Of a stretch of DNA of 64,000 bases, positions 63,801 through 64,000 are shown one piece after another. The stretch spans positions 9,672,001-9,736,000 of the forward strand of contig OU015566.1 of NCBI GenBank assembly GCA_907165135.1, in the 5' to 3' direction. The DNA is from Oikopleura dioica. Its lineage: Eukaryota; Animalia; Chordata. Within the stretch, counting starts at the first letter, position 1; each line of letters opens with the position of its first letter. Position numbers and translations under genes: made by a program. The notes under the pieces were generated by a model. It searched no databases, had not been told where the DNA came from, and saw only the letters and a list, made by a program, of their open reading frames with translations.

Positions 63801-64000
63801 ATTTCGCGAAATTGGCAGCCTGATGGATTTTTCGCCAAAATAACTATGATAGATGAGCATGGGTTCCACTTGGGCGAGCAGAACCTATTTTCTGGGTTCA
63901 GCACCTTTCTGAGCGACGGAGGAGTCGACGAAAAAAACGGGGCGGCGAGATGAAAAGATGGTTATTTTTCCGGACCCGTTTGTGTTGTGAGAAAAACGGG

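Noticed and set aside
1-64000. tRNA, rRNA and snRNA genes
   Set aside because: No cloverleaf with T-loop GTTCRA or conserved rRNA/snRNA motif found by eye; a tRNAscan/Infernal run would be needed to exclude them.

Overview
Eukaryotic DNA, most consistent with a larvacean tunicate such as Oikopleura. This is an inference from very compact genes, many 35-60 nt introns and frequent non-GT splice donors. The first ~48 kb is gene-dense. It holds SS18/SYT (interrupted by an apparently intact hAT transposon), a REEP/DP1 gene, an Lmx LIM-homeobox gene and a ~10 kb gene for a secreted LU + ~37xTSP1 + VWA + EGF protein. It also holds two divergent Cys-rich/coiled-coil paralogs, a multi-pass membrane protein, a monoacylglycerol-lipase-like protein lacking its catalytic Ser, and a Na,K-ATPase beta subunit. 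Further on are a truncated dynein-motor gene, a CUB transmembrane gene, an unknown charged protein and a (GFYY-xx-PRQ)n repeat protein. The last ~16 kb is gene-poor and contains MITEs and foldback repeats. Main discovery: 14 introns whose boundaries are required by reading-frame or domain continuity have non-GT donors (GA, GG, GC, or apparently CT). Each also has a self-complementary stem, with its 5' arm at about +3 to +6 and its 3' arm ending 5-10 nt before a mostly AAG acceptor. The arm sequences differ between introns but match their own partner. The hAT inside the SS18 exon can be removed as an in-frame GT-AG intron with a similar stem geometry. All exon structures were read by hand, with no RNA evidence or database search.
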